The notes below the pieces were generated by a model. The model was not told the origin of the DNA and did no database searches. It saw only the letters and a program-made list of their open reading frames with translations. The translations under genes were made by a program, and so were the position numbers. 64,000 nucleotides of DNA from Candidatus Amesbacteria bacterium GW2011_GWB1_47_19 (GTDB taxonomy: Bacteria > Patescibacteriota > Microgenomatia > CAZETR01 > Amesbacteraceae), in NCBI GenBank assembly GCA_001002325.1, contig LCNZ01000003.1, forward strand, positions 7,484 to 71,483, given 5' to 3'. Position 1 is the first letter of the stretch; every line of letters starts with the position of its first letter. Positions 44,996 through 54,116 of this stretch are shown piece after piece.

Positions 44996-45352
44996 CTAAA
45001 AGTATACATTCTGGAAATGTTTTATCAGCAATGCCTGTTCTTCATGATTTAATATCACCGCCACCATGTCTATCCTGCACGGTACCTCTTTACCTCCCAA
45101 ATACACCTGGGCCATCCGTTTTACCCGTTCATATTTTTTCCGGGTAAACATTTCCTCCGGCTGGCCGAAAAGCAGTCCTTTTTTGGTCTTAACCTCTACA
45201 AATACCAACACATCTTTATCCCTACATATCAAGTCAATTTCTCCATATCGGGTAGAATAATTGCGCAAAACCATCTCAAATCCTTTCTTAACCAATAATT
45301 CCGCCGCCGCATCCTCTCCTAATCTTCCGATTTGCCTATTGAATCTTCTCAT
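44996..45352 (-). CDS. yraN: YraN family (UPF0102) putative endonuclease
   Basis: GRLGEDAAAELLVKKGFEMVLRNYSTRYGEIDLICRDKDVLVFVEVKTKK matches the UPF0102 signature. Confidence 0.8.
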   Translation of the reverse strand: MRRFNRQIGRLGEDAAAELLVKKGFEMVLRNYSTRYGEIDLICRDKDVLVFVEVKTKKGLLFGQPEEMFTRKKYERVKRMAQVYLGGKEVPCRIDMVAVILNHEEQALLIKHFQNVYF

Positions 45353-45369
45353 TTATTCCAGTATAGAAT

Positions 45370-45693
45370 ATGAATATGTCTAATGTAGGTTTTAACAAAA
45401 TTCAAGTCAAACAATTAAAGTCCCTTCTTAAAACTAACAATCCTAATTTAGAGACCTCAATAATTAAGCAGGTATCCTCCCATATCGCAGATGTTGTAGA
45501 CGCTCTCAGTCAGACTATCAGTGAAACCGAAACCAGGATCACCGAAAATTTTAGGCATGATACTAAGCACGAATCCAATAAACTTCGGGGGGATATTAAA
45601 AACCTCTCAACTACCATGGCTACTAAATACCAGGTCGATAACCACGAAAATCGTATTAAAGTGTTGGAAACAAAAGCATTCACTTCTGGTTAG
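45370..45693 (+). CDS. hypothetical coiled-coil protein
   Basis: 107 aa with heptad-like composition and no recognised motif. Confidence 0.25.
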   Translation: MNMSNVGFNKIQVKQLKSLLKTNNPNLETSIIKQVSSHIADVVDALSQTISETETRITENFRHDTKHESNKLRGDIKNLSTTMATKYQVDNHENRIKVLETKAFTSG

Positions 45694-47258
45694 CCCACCT
45701 GTCTGTACTGCAGCGCCTCCGCCATATGCACGGGCAAGATGTCTTTCTCTCCCGCCAGATCGGCAATCGTCCGCGCTACCTTTATCAGCTTAAAATATGC
45801 CCTGGCGGACAAATCCCATTTCTCCACCGCCAGCCGCAAAATCCTTTCCGACTCCCCTGTCAGCGGGCAATATTTTCTAACCTGTTTATTTTTCATCTGG
45901 GAGTTGGTAAAGATGCTTTCATCTCTAAATCTCAAATCCTGAATTTTCCTCGAATCAATTACTTTTTTCCTCACCTCTTTGGAGCTTGAACCTAGACCTG
46001 CCTTGCCGGCAGGCAAGCTTGGACTTGAACTCAACTTATCCGTCTCCACCGCCGGCACCTGAACATGCAAATCAATCCTGTCCAGAATCGGACCGGACAT
46101 CCTGGCCCGGTATTTCCTGATCTGTTTGTCGCTGCACCGGCATTCCCGCCGGGGATGTCCCAAATACCCGCACGGGCAGGGATTGACAGCTGCCACCAAA
46201 GTAAAACTGGCCGGATAAGACACATGCGCCGCCGCCCTGACTATCTGCACCTGACCGTCCTCCATGGGCTGCCTCAAGCCTTCCAGAACCGACCGGGGAA
46301 ATTCCGGCATTTCATCCAGAAACAGCACCCCCAGATGTGCCAAAGACACCTCTCCCGGTAATGGATTGCTTCCCCCGCCGATCATCCCCGCTGCCGATAC
46401 TCCATGATGCGGACTTCGAAATGGTCTTCTCCTCACTAACGACTCACCCGGTTCCAATAGTCCCGCGACCGAGTACACCCGTGTCACTTCCAGCGCTTCA
46501 GCTGAATTTAATGACGGCAAAATTCCCGGCATTGCCCTGGCCAACATGGTCTTTCCCGTCCCCGGCGGACCCCACATCAACAAGTTGTGTCCTCCGGCTG
46601 CGGCTATGGATAGAGCGCGTTTTGCCTGTTCCTGCCCGGCAACCTCCGCCAGATCATACTCCACTCCCCCTTCTTCAACCAGCTCCTTGACTTCCACTTT
46701 ACCCAATTTCTTTATCTGCTTCACTTCATTCAGATGGTCCGTCAACTCTATTAAATTCCTCACCGGGTATACGGTTATTCCCTCCACCACCGCCGCCTCA
46801 TTCGCACTTTCAATCGGAACAAATATTTGAGTTTTGATTTTTGAATTTTGTGTTTGTTGGGCGAATAGCCCAACCAAAAGCACTCCCTTTGTTGCCCGCA
46901 AACTTCCATCCAGACTTAATTCACCATAAAATATGGTGTTTTTAAAATTGAAAAATGGTAATTGAAAATTTAGCTGTCCCGAGGCAGCGAGTATCCCCAC
47001 CGCCATCGGCAAATCGTATGCTCCCCCGTCCTTGGGTAAATCCGCCGGCGCTAGGTTTACGGTAATTTTCTTGGATGGAAAATCCATCCCCGAATTATTA
47101 ATCGCCGTCTTCACCCGCTCCCGGGCCTCCTCTACCGCCTTACCCGCCAGCCCGACTATGGTAAATCCCGGAAATCCGGCTTCCGCCACATCCACCTCCA
47201 CCTCCACCGGCATCGTCACCAACCCCACATTCGCCACACTCCTAACTTTTACCAGCAC
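45690..47258 (-). CDS. comM: Mg-chelatase-like AAA+ ATPase YifB/ComM
   Basis: N-terminal Lon-like domain. Walker A GPPGTGKT and Walker B VLFLDE. C-terminal Mg_chelatase_C region. Confidence 0.85.
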   Translation of the reverse strand: MLVKVRSVANVGLVTMPVEVEVDVAEAGFPGFTIVGLAGKAVEEARERVKTAINNSGMDFPSKKITVNLAPADLPKDGGAYDLPMAVGILAASGQLNFQLPFFNFKNTIFYGELSLDGSLRATKGVLLVGLFAQQTQNSKIKTQIFVPIESANEAAVVEGITVYPVRNLIELTDHLNEVKQIKKLGKVEVKELVEEGGVEYDLAEVAGQEQAKRALSIAAAGGHNLLMWGPPGTGKTMLARAMPGILPSLNSAEALEVTRVYSVAGLLEPGESLVRRRPFRSPHHGVSAAGMIGGGSNPLPGEVSLAHLGVLFLDEMPEFPRSVLEGLRQPMEDGQVQIVRAAAHVSYPASFTLVAAVNPCPCGYLGHPRRECRCSDKQIRKYRARMSGPILDRIDLHVQVPAVETDKLSSSPSLPAGKAGLGSSSKEVRKKVIDSRKIQDLRFRDESIFTNSQMKNKQVRKYCPLTGESERILRLAVEKWDLSARAYFKLIKVARTIADLAGEKDILPVHMAEALQYRQVG

Positions 47259-47324
47259 TTTCTCTGTTTTAGAACAATTAGATCGGTCAGGTCAATCGTC
47301 TGATCCTTTACGGTACATCCGGCA

Positions 47325-48158
47325 TTACCCACCGATAAAATACTTCCCGTCTTTTTCTTTAATTTCCCCGGAAAGCGTCATCACTGACAGTTGCGCCCCC
47401 ATTTCATTTACCGAGCGCATCAATTTTCTAGCCAGTTCATCTACCGTCAACGTCTCATTCTCTAACAATCTGTAAATATCTGCATTCTTATCATCGCTTT
47501 TAGCATCATTAGTAGTTCGTTGACTCACCTGTTGCTCCGGCAACCACATCTGTGCCTTTTTCTCGGCAATTAACCGGTTTGTACCGTCAGATACTCTGCT
47601 TGTCACCGGTCCCGGCACCGCCCAGACTCTTTTCCCCAGCTTTATCGCCCATTCCACAGTTATCATGCTCCCGCTTTTAACCGCAGCTTCTACCACATAT
47701 ACTTCGTCCGCCAGAGCAGCCATAATCCTGTCCCGCTGCGGAAAAGTCCATAAAGTACCTGCCTGATCTTCCCATTCCGAAACAACCAACCCCCCTTTCT
47801 CAATAATTTCATTCATAATACTTAAATCTTCGGCCGTGATTCCTTTATAGTCGATTCCCCAGCCCAGCACAGCCACTGTCCTTCCCCCGCTGGCCATGCA
47901 CGCCCGGTGAGCCGCCTGATCCACCCCGTACATCATTCCCGATATCACTGTCGCTCCCCCGTTTACCAGTTGCGGCACAATTTTGTCAACCACTCTCCTC
48001 CCGTACTCCGTTATCCTCCGGCTTCCCACAACCGCTGCCGCGTGATCAAACCAGCTTTCATCCCAGCCGTCTTTTCCCCGCCAAAACAGCTTTTTAACCG
48101 CCGGTTTAACTGCTGAAAAATTCGGTATTTTCGTTGCATCTACCACCCCCTGCTTCAT
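47325..48158 (-). CDS. dprA: DNA-processing protein DprA (Smf)
   Basis: Rossmann-like core AAVVGSRRITEYGRRV...VISGMMYGVDQAAHRACMASGGRTVAVLGWGID typical of DprA. Confidence 0.8.
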   Translation of the reverse strand: MKQGVVDATKIPNFSAVKPAVKKLFWRGKDGWDESWFDHAAAVVGSRRITEYGRRVVDKIVPQLVNGGATVISGMMYGVDQAAHRACMASGGRTVAVLGWGIDYKGITAEDLSIMNEIIEKGGLVVSEWEDQAGTLWTFPQRDRIMAALADEVYVVEAAVKSGSMITVEWAIKLGKRVWAVPGPVTSRVSDGTNRLIAEKKAQMWLPEQQVSQRTTNDAKSDDKNADIYRLLENETLTVDELARKLMRSVNEMGAQLSVMTLSGEIKEKDGKYFIGG

Positions 48159-48183
48159 ACTTCTAGTCTATCATCACCTAATC

Positions 48184-49047
48184 TTGTATAATCTTGAGGT
48201 CGATATGGGCAAAAAACGCATCACCGTTATCGGTTCATCGCAGGAGCAGGAAATCAAATCCAGGCGGGCTATCCAGCTGGAGCAGAAAAAAATCCGCGAA
48301 GGCAAAAAAAGCGTAAAAGCCCCGGGTCTCGCCGGGGGCCAGCGAGTGGTAGACACCACAGCTGAATCTTTGGCGGAATACGAAATAATAGAAGCCAAAA
48401 GACAGGCTGCCGAAGCCCTGGTTTCCACCAAAGCCGCTCCGGCTCCCAAAAAAGCCCGTACCAGGTCTGCTACCTACGCTAAAGCCAAGTCTTTGGTTGA
48501 TCCTCTCAAATCTTATCCCCTATCGGATGCACTCAAGCTCCTGCGGACTGTTTCCTTGACCAAATTTGACGGCACGGTTGAACTTCACCTCACCACCAAA
48601 ACCAAAAACCAGTCTCATACGGTGGAACTTCCATTTTCTCCCGGAAAAACCAGAAAAATCGGCATCGTGGATGAAAAATTCATTTCCAATCTCGATTCGG
48701 GAAACATAGACCTGAACTTCGACTTGCTTCTTGTTTCTCCTGACTTGATGCCCAAACTGGTGAAATTCGCCAAAATCCTGGGTCCCAAAGGTCTGATGCC
48801 CAACCCCAAAACCGGCACCATCGTAGCCGACCCTGCAGCTGCTGCCAAAAAACTGGCCGGGGGTAACTCCCTGCAGCTCAAAAGCGAAAAAGACGCCCCG
48901 GTCATCCACACTTTCGTCGGCAAACTCTCCCAAAAGGACCCGGAATTGGAAGCCAACATTTCCGCCGTTCTGTCCGTACTCCCCGTCACCAAAGCCGTCC
49001 TCAAGAGTACGATGTCCCCCGTTATAAAACTGCAAATGAACGCTTGA
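48184..49047 (+). CDS. rplA: 50S ribosomal protein L1 with ~90 aa Lys-rich N-terminal extension
   Basis: The C-terminal ~190 aa align to uL1 (PLSDALKLL..., ILGPKGLMPNPKTGT). The N-terminal ~95 aa have no counterpart in canonical L1, and no internal start codon precedes the L1 core. Confidence 0.8.
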   Translation: MYNLEVDMGKKRITVIGSSQEQEIKSRRAIQLEQKKIREGKKSVKAPGLAGGQRVVDTTAESLAEYEIIEAKRQAAEALVSTKAAPAPKKARTRSATYAKAKSLVDPLKSYPLSDALKLLRTVSLTKFDGTVELHLTTKTKNQSHTVELPFSPGKTRKIGIVDEKFISNLDSGNIDLNFDLLLVSPDLMPKLVKFAKILGPKGLMPNPKTGTIVADPAAAAKKLAGGNSLQLKSEKDAPVIHTFVGKLSQKDPELEANISAVLSVLPVTKAVLKSTMSPVIKLQMNA

Positions 49048-49083
49048 CTTAATACTGCAACTTCTATAGGATGAATTCCCAGA

Positions 49084-50346
49084 ATGGGCAGACACGAAGC
49101 TCCTCTGGACGGACAACATCCAGGCTCTCTCTCCAACACCCATCAGCCTGAATCTTATCAACCCATCCTCTGTGCTGATTCAATTTTTTTCAAAGTCGCC
49201 CCCGAGGTTGAGCGGATTGCAGACCATCTTCCGGGTTTAATCACCTCCCAAACCAAGGATGTTGTTTCACGAAATCCTCCCGAACTGGCTCATCTGTCCG
49301 GACGGGAATCAACTCCTACATTAATATTAAAATCGACCTTGAACCTACCGGATTGGCCTGTAAAAGTCCCGTCGCCGGTCATATTCGCCTGCGGATCCGC
49401 CGAAAGTGCCGCTGTCACCATCGGGAGATACCACTTTGATTCTGACAATATCCTGACCTTCCAGCCCGCCCGGTTACATACGGGTCCGGATGCCCAAAGA
49501 GACCTCGCTGCAAGTATGTGGCAGGCGTGGCAGCACCCGGAGATTATATCCAGACTTGCTGGTGATGACCAAACATTTATCATCTATCTCACCAGGGAAG
49601 GCCATATACCCCAGGTCCAGGTTCCCCTGTGGGATCATTACTCCAGGATTGACCCCTATACCATTGCTCATGTCGAGCATGCACCCTACGACAATCCGTT
49701 TGGCAGAGTTACAAAAATTTGTCCAATTAATTATGAAGGGCTCACACCTGCAGTAACCGATTTGATTGCCGGCGATTCCATTGCCTCCGGAGAACAGGCT
49801 GTTGCAGTGTTCGAGCTGTTCCTCAGTCGCATGAAACAGCTGTGCGGGCCGGACTATCATTTACGCCATTTGGTCCTGGTCTCACCGCTCCTCACCGCAT
49901 ACGGAGCGGCTGTTGTAGGTTTAAGTGCAGCCCGATCCGGAATCCAGACAACGTTTGTCACCTCCGAAACTATACTGGGCTGCTTACCCCCGGACAGATA
50001 CTATTCACCGGTTCTGGCCCAACCACATCTCCATGCCTCCCCGGAATTTATTCCCCTTCTCCGTGCTGCTCTGGGTACCGGCTTTGAAAAAATCTGCGTC
50101 AGGGGTAACTGGACAGCTTCGTTTGCAGCTGTTTCCCATGCCCTGACGAAATCCAACGAAGAATTGGCACCATTGGGGCTGTCAAATTCTTTTCTGGAAC
50201 GCCAATGCGTAAATTTAACTCCCCGGTCTGTATGGGAACGGTACCGCATTCCTCCGGAGCGGCTTCTGCCCTACTCAACCTGGTACGAAGCCTACCGCAC
50301 CGACAGGCTTGACCAGCTAAAACAACTCCTCACTATTGCCAATTGA
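49084..50346 (+). CDS. hypothetical protein inserted between rplA and rplJ
   Basis: 420 aa, Ala/Leu/Pro-rich, no recognised motif (weak PRTase-like VTDLIAGDSIASG). Confidence 0.35.
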   Translation: MGRHEAPLDGQHPGSLSNTHQPESYQPILCADSIFFKVAPEVERIADHLPGLITSQTKDVVSRNPPELAHLSGRESTPTLILKSTLNLPDWPVKVPSPVIFACGSAESAAVTIGRYHFDSDNILTFQPARLHTGPDAQRDLAASMWQAWQHPEIISRLAGDDQTFIIYLTREGHIPQVQVPLWDHYSRIDPYTIAHVEHAPYDNPFGRVTKICPINYEGLTPAVTDLIAGDSIASGEQAVAVFELFLSRMKQLCGPDYHLRHLVLVSPLLTAYGAAVVGLSAARSGIQTTFVTSETILGCLPPDRYYSPVLAQPHLHASPEFIPLLRAALGTGFEKICVRGNWTASFAAVSHALTKSNEELAPLGLSNSFLERQCVNLTPRSVWERYRIPPERLLPYSTWYEAYRTDRLDQLKQLLTIAN

Positions 50347-50426
50347 CCAAAGTTTATTTACAATACCCAGGTTACCCGAAGACAGCTGGTTTTCGCGTAG
50401 GCGACATAAATCCCGCCGAGGAACAT

Positions 50427-50939
50427 ATGACACCCAAAAAGGTTAATCCCGCTAAAACTTCCGTTATCTCCCGGCTCTCGGACCTGATCAAATCCTCCAA
50501 ATCTGTGGCGATTGTAGATTACCAAGGCCTCAAAGTCTCCCAGGCCACGCAACTCCGCCAGGCAGTCAGACTTGCCGGCGGACAATTTGTAGTTGCCAAA
50601 AACACCCTTTTCAAAATCGCTTCCGGGATCAAAGATCTCGATCTGTCAGGTACTTCCGCCTTTGTTTTTTCCAAAACGGATGAAATCTCCGCCCTCAAAG
50701 CAGTGGCCGGTTTTGCCAAAAAGAATAATCTTCCCACTTTCAAACAGGGGCTGATGGGAGACAGAGTCTTGACCGCTGAAGAAATTAGCATTTTGGCCGC
50801 ACTTCCCGACCGGAATACTCAATACTCCCAACTTGTATCCCGCCTTAATTCTCCCATTTCCAAACTTGTTTACAGCCTCAACTGGAATATATCCAAATTA
50901 GTCCGTACTCTGGATGCTGTCAGGGAGGTGAAATCATAA
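50427..50939 (+). CDS. rplJ: 50S ribosomal protein L10
   Basis: SVAIVDYQGLKVSQATQLRQAVRLAGGQFVVAKNTL is the canonical uL10. Start placed at the ATG preceded by GAGGAA instead of the TTG of the listed ORF. Confidence 0.85.
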   Translation: MTPKKVNPAKTSVISRLSDLIKSSKSVAIVDYQGLKVSQATQLRQAVRLAGGQFVVAKNTLFKIASGIKDLDLSGTSAFVFSKTDEISALKAVAGFAKKNNLPTFKQGLMGDRVLTAEEISILAALPDRNTQYSQLVSRLNSPISKLVYSLNWNISKLVRTLDAVREVKS

Positions 50940-51332
50940 ATGTCTACCACAACCGACAAACTGATCAAACAAATTGAGGAATTATCCGTTTTGGAGTTGA
51001 CGGAACTGGTTAAAGCTCTCGAGGACAAATTCGGGGTCACCGCATCTGCCCCTGCTGTAGTTTCCGCTTCAGCGGGTAGTGGAACGGATACCGCTTCCGA
51101 TGAAGCTCCGGAAGAACAATCCAGTTTCACAGTCTTACTCAAGGACGGAGGTACAAACAAAATCGCCGTCATTAAAGCTCTTCGGGAATTAAATCCCAAC
51201 CTGGGACTTAAAGAAGCCAAAGATCTTTCGGAAAAACCGGGAGCTGTCATCGCCGAAAACGTCAACAAAGGTGCCGCTGAAGAAGCCAAAACCAAACTCA
51301 CAGTCGCCGGTGCCGCTGTCGAACTTAAATAA
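50940..51332 (+). CDS. rplL: 50S ribosomal protein L7/L12
   Basis: N-terminal dimerisation helix, Ala-rich hinge, and C-terminal KIAVIKALRELNPNLGLKEAKDL. Confidence 0.9.
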   Translation: MSTTTDKLIKQIEELSVLELTELVKALEDKFGVTASAPAVVSASAGSGTDTASDEAPEEQSSFTVLLKDGGTNKIAVIKALRELNPNLGLKEAKDLSEKPGAVIAENVNKGAAEEAKTKLTVAGAAVELK

Positions 51333-51334
51333 TC

Positions 51335-51362
51335 CGATTACCTTTTAGTAATCGATTTCTTA
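51335..51362. terminator. bidirectional intrinsic terminator between rplL and the convergent mreB paralog
   Basis: Perfect 7 bp stem CGATTAC/GTAATCG with a 6 nt loop, followed by ATTTCTTAT. Confidence 0.45.
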
Positions 51363-52342
51363 TAGAGGTCAAGGTTTTCTATCGCTACCCCCGTCCCCCG
51401 GACGACACAAAGTAGCGGTTCCTCAGCCACGTGACACGGCACACCTGTCAGGTCCGTCATCAACCGGTCCAGGTTGCGCAGAAGCGACGTGCCCCCGCTC
51501 ATAACTATCCCTTTGTCAATAATATCCGATGCCAGTTCCGGAGGTGTTTCCTCCAATACCCCCTTTGCCGCTCCAACAATCTGTATCAATACCGGTCGTA
51601 TTGATTCAGTTACTTCATTAGAAGTAACCGGCACAGCTTTTGGTAAACCCGTCACCGTATCCCGCCCTTTGACCTCGATTGTCTCCGGCTGTGGCAAGAT
51701 GGTTGCCGAACCTATTCTCAACTTCACATCCTCGGCTGTCGTTTCCCCCACCAATAAGTTGTGTTTGCGCTTCAAAAAACCGGCTATTGCCTCATCGATC
51801 TTGTTACCGGCAATCCGAACACTTTTATGCACTACCACACCCCCCAGGGAAATCACCGCCGCCTCCGCTGACCCGCCGCCGATATCAATTATCATGCTTC
51901 CCGAAGCCGCCGCTATCGGAATCCTGGCTCCGATGGCGGCCGCCAACGGTTCATCTATCAGATATGCTACTCTTGCCCCGGCCGAAAGTGTGGCGTCCAG
52001 TACCGCCCTTCTTTCCACCTGCGTCACACCGGCCGGTACGCAGATCATCACCTCCGGCTTGAGTACCACCACCCTGCCGCAGACCCGGCGTATAAAATAC
52101 GATAGCATCGCCTCAGTCACCCGGTAATCGGCGATTACTCCGTCACGCATGGGCCGTGAAGCCATAATGTTTCCCGGAGTTCGTCCCAGCATCTCCTTTG
52201 CCTCATTACCGACAGCTACCACCCTGCCGTCGTCCCGGGTAATCGCTACTACCGTCGGTTCATTCATGACCAATCCTTTAACCGCCAGCCAAACCAAACT
52301 GTTAGCCGTTCCCAAATCTATTGCAATCCTTTTCCGCATCAT
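51338..52342 (-). CDS. MreB/Mbl actin-like protein (second paralog)
   Basis: RKRIAIDLGTANSLVWL..., PMRDGVIADY and DIGGGSAEAAVISLGG are actin-fold motifs of MreB. Confidence 0.85.
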   Translation of the reverse strand: MMRKRIAIDLGTANSLVWLAVKGLVMNEPTVVAITRDDGRVVAVGNEAKEMLGRTPGNIMASRPMRDGVIADYRVTEAMLSYFIRRVCGRVVVLKPEVMICVPAGVTQVERRAVLDATLSAGARVAYLIDEPLAAAIGARIPIAAASGSMIIDIGGGSAEAAVISLGGVVVHKSVRIAGNKIDEAIAGFLKRKHNLLVGETTAEDVKLRIGSATILPQPETIEVKGRDTVTGLPKAVPVTSNEVTESIRPVLIQIVGAAKGVLEETPPELASDIIDKGIVMSGGTSLLRNLDRLMTDLTGVPCHVAEEPLLCVVRGTGVAIENLDLYKKSITKR

Positions 52343-52383
52343 GGTACGACAGAGATTATAACTGATGTTAAAATCTACTGGCT

Positions 52384-53610
52384 ATGCCGGCTACTACGCG
52401 TCGCCTCCTGCTTTTTCTCACCAGCCTCATTTTCGTTCCTATATCCACAGTGCTGGTCATATTCTTCGCCCGCGGTTACCGCCCGGACTTCTCCACAGGC
52501 CAGATCCAACCTACAGGTATCCTCGTAGCCCACTCTTACCCGGACGGAGCTCAGGTCTACGTCAATAGCCAACTAAAATCAGCCACCAATACCACCCTTA
52601 ACCTCCCTCCCGGTCTGTATCAGGTTGAGATCAGAAAAGATGGTTTTTTTACCTGGAAAAAAAATGTGACTATCGAGGCGGAAATCGTCACCCGGTCAAC
52701 CGCCGTCCTCTTTCCCACCGTCCCCACTCTAAAAGCTGTCACCACTAGCGGTGCTACCGGGGTCACCGCCTCTCCTGATGACACCAGAGTTGTGTTCCTC
52801 CGTCGCGGTGTAAACCAAACTCAACTTTACATACTGGATATAACCGAATCACCCCTGGGGTTGATCAGCCGCGAAGCCCGCCTTCTCACCAATTTACCAA
52901 ATTCCGAAATAAAAACTGAGAACTATGAACTCCGTTGGTCGCCCGATTCCCGCCAGATTTTTATTACACCGGGAAACTACCTCATCACCATTTCGGATTC
53001 TCAGACAACCCCCATTACTGCTAACGCCGGCATAGTTCTGAACGACTGGAATCAAAGGCAAAAAAACCGAGAGGCGGACAGGTTGAACTCCCTTCAGCCG
53101 GTCCTCCGGAATATTTTAGCCACCGCTTCAGCCAGCCTTTCATGGTCCCCCCGGGAAAATAAGCTGTTATACACCGCTACTGCCTCAGCTTCACTATCGG
53201 AAAGTATCAAAAGGCCTCTTCCCGGGTCAAGTACTCAGCCCCAAAACCGTCTCTTAAACCCCGGCGGGGTATATGTATATGATATTGAAGAAGACCGCAA
53301 CTTCCTCATTGATACTATTATCTTGCCCCCGCCTTCAGCAAAAACCAAAAAACCGATATTGTCAGAAATTTCCAACAATGGTTGGTTCTGGTTTCCCACC
53401 TCGTCCCACCTGGTAAAAGTTACTACCGGAAAAGTTACAATTATTGAATACGACGGCCAAAACCCGACTGAAGTCTATGCTGGTCCTCTTTATGAAAATA
53501 CGGCAATCCCCTATCCGTCCGCTAAACAGCTGTTGATTCTCACCGATCTCACCACCACCCCCACCATGGCGACTGCCTCTGCTAACCTCTACGCTGTCAA
53601 CCTCAGGTAA
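52384..53610 (+). CDS. PEGA-domain / beta-propeller surface protein
   Basis: N-terminal TM, a PEGA-like segment (SYPDGAQVYVNSQ...TLNLPPGLYQVEIRKDGF), and a C-terminal repetitive beta-rich region. Confidence 0.45.
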   Translation: MPATTRRLLLFLTSLIFVPISTVLVIFFARGYRPDFSTGQIQPTGILVAHSYPDGAQVYVNSQLKSATNTTLNLPPGLYQVEIRKDGFFTWKKNVTIEAEIVTRSTAVLFPTVPTLKAVTTSGATGVTASPDDTRVVFLRRGVNQTQLYILDITESPLGLISREARLLTNLPNSEIKTENYELRWSPDSRQIFITPGNYLITISDSQTTPITANAGIVLNDWNQRQKNREADRLNSLQPVLRNILATASASLSWSPRENKLLYTATASASLSESIKRPLPGSSTQPQNRLLNPGGVYVYDIEEDRNFLIDTIILPPPSAKTKKPILSEISNNGWFWFPTSSHLVKVTTGKVTIIEYDGQNPTEVYAGPLYENTAIPYPSAKQLLILTDLTTTPTMATASANLYAVNLR

Positions 53611-53615
53611 AGCTG

Positions 53616-53687
53616 TGATCCCGGTAGGAGTCGAACCTACATCTGAGGTTTAGGAAACCCCTGCTCTGTCCGTTGAGCTACGGGACC
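53616..53687 (-). tRNA. tRNA-Arg (anticodon CCT)
   Basis: Minus-strand cloverleaf: acceptor GGTCCCG/CGGGATC (one GU), D-stem GCTC/GAGC, anticodon loop TTCCTAA, T-arm GTAGG TTCGACT CCTAC. Confidence 0.75.
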
Positions 53688-53741
53688 GCACCCTTTCAAT
53701 TGTATCCCAACCGTCTAAAATTAGGTTAAAATATGCCATGA

Positions 53742-53813
53742 CGGGGTGTGGTGCATCGGTAGCACGCCAAGTTCGGGACTTGGAGGCACGGGGTTCAATT
53801 CCCCGCACCCCGA
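53742..53813 (+). tRNA. tRNA-Pro (anticodon CGG)
   Basis: Acceptor CGGGGTG/CACCCCG, D-stem GTGC/GCAC, anticodon stem CCAAG/CTTGG with loop TTCGGGA, T-arm CGGGG TTCAATT CCCCG. Confidence 0.85.
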
Positions 53814-54116
53814 CTAACGACCTCTGCTCCCTCGCTGAAAATCACCTCTGGAACGATCGTCTCTGGGGGCTTGAGGGCGTGCCTCATTCACCACCACCGT
53901 CCGTCCGTCCAGGGTCTGTCCGTTCAAGGTAGAAATCGCTTTTTTGGCTTCTTCGTCGCTAGACATTTCTACAAAACCGAATCCCCGGGATTTCCCCGAA
54001 AACCGGTCCATAACCACCGACGCAGAAACTACATTTCCGGTACCGGAAAAGAAATTTCTTAAGCCTTCATCGGTGGTATCCCACGACAAACCGCCTACAA
54101 AAAGTTTTATTGCTAT
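53814..54116 (-). CDS. RRM-type RNA-binding protein (Gly/Arg-rich C-terminus); start codon uncertain, probably non-AUG
   Basis: RNP1 KSRGFGFVEM lies inside the listed ORF. The RNP2 motif KLFVGGLSW lies in frame upstream of the listed TTG start, preceded by GGGAGGTGA and an in-frame ATA codon. A TGA stop sits just upstream of that. Confidence 0.65.
   Translation of the reverse strand: MAIKLFVGGLSWDTTDEGLRNFFSGTGNVVSASVVMDRFSGKSRGFGFVEMSSDEEAKKAISTLNGQTLDGRTVVVNEARPQAPRDDRSRGDFQRGSRGR

Noticed and set aside
51474-52127. Plus-strand ORFs 51474..52127 and 51679..52062 inside the second mreB
   Set aside because: Antisense shadow ORFs. Pro/Ser-rich translations with no motifs.
53738-53932. 64 aa plus-strand ORF starting inside tRNA-Pro
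   Set aside because: Overlaps the tRNA and the convergent RRM gene. No coding signal.
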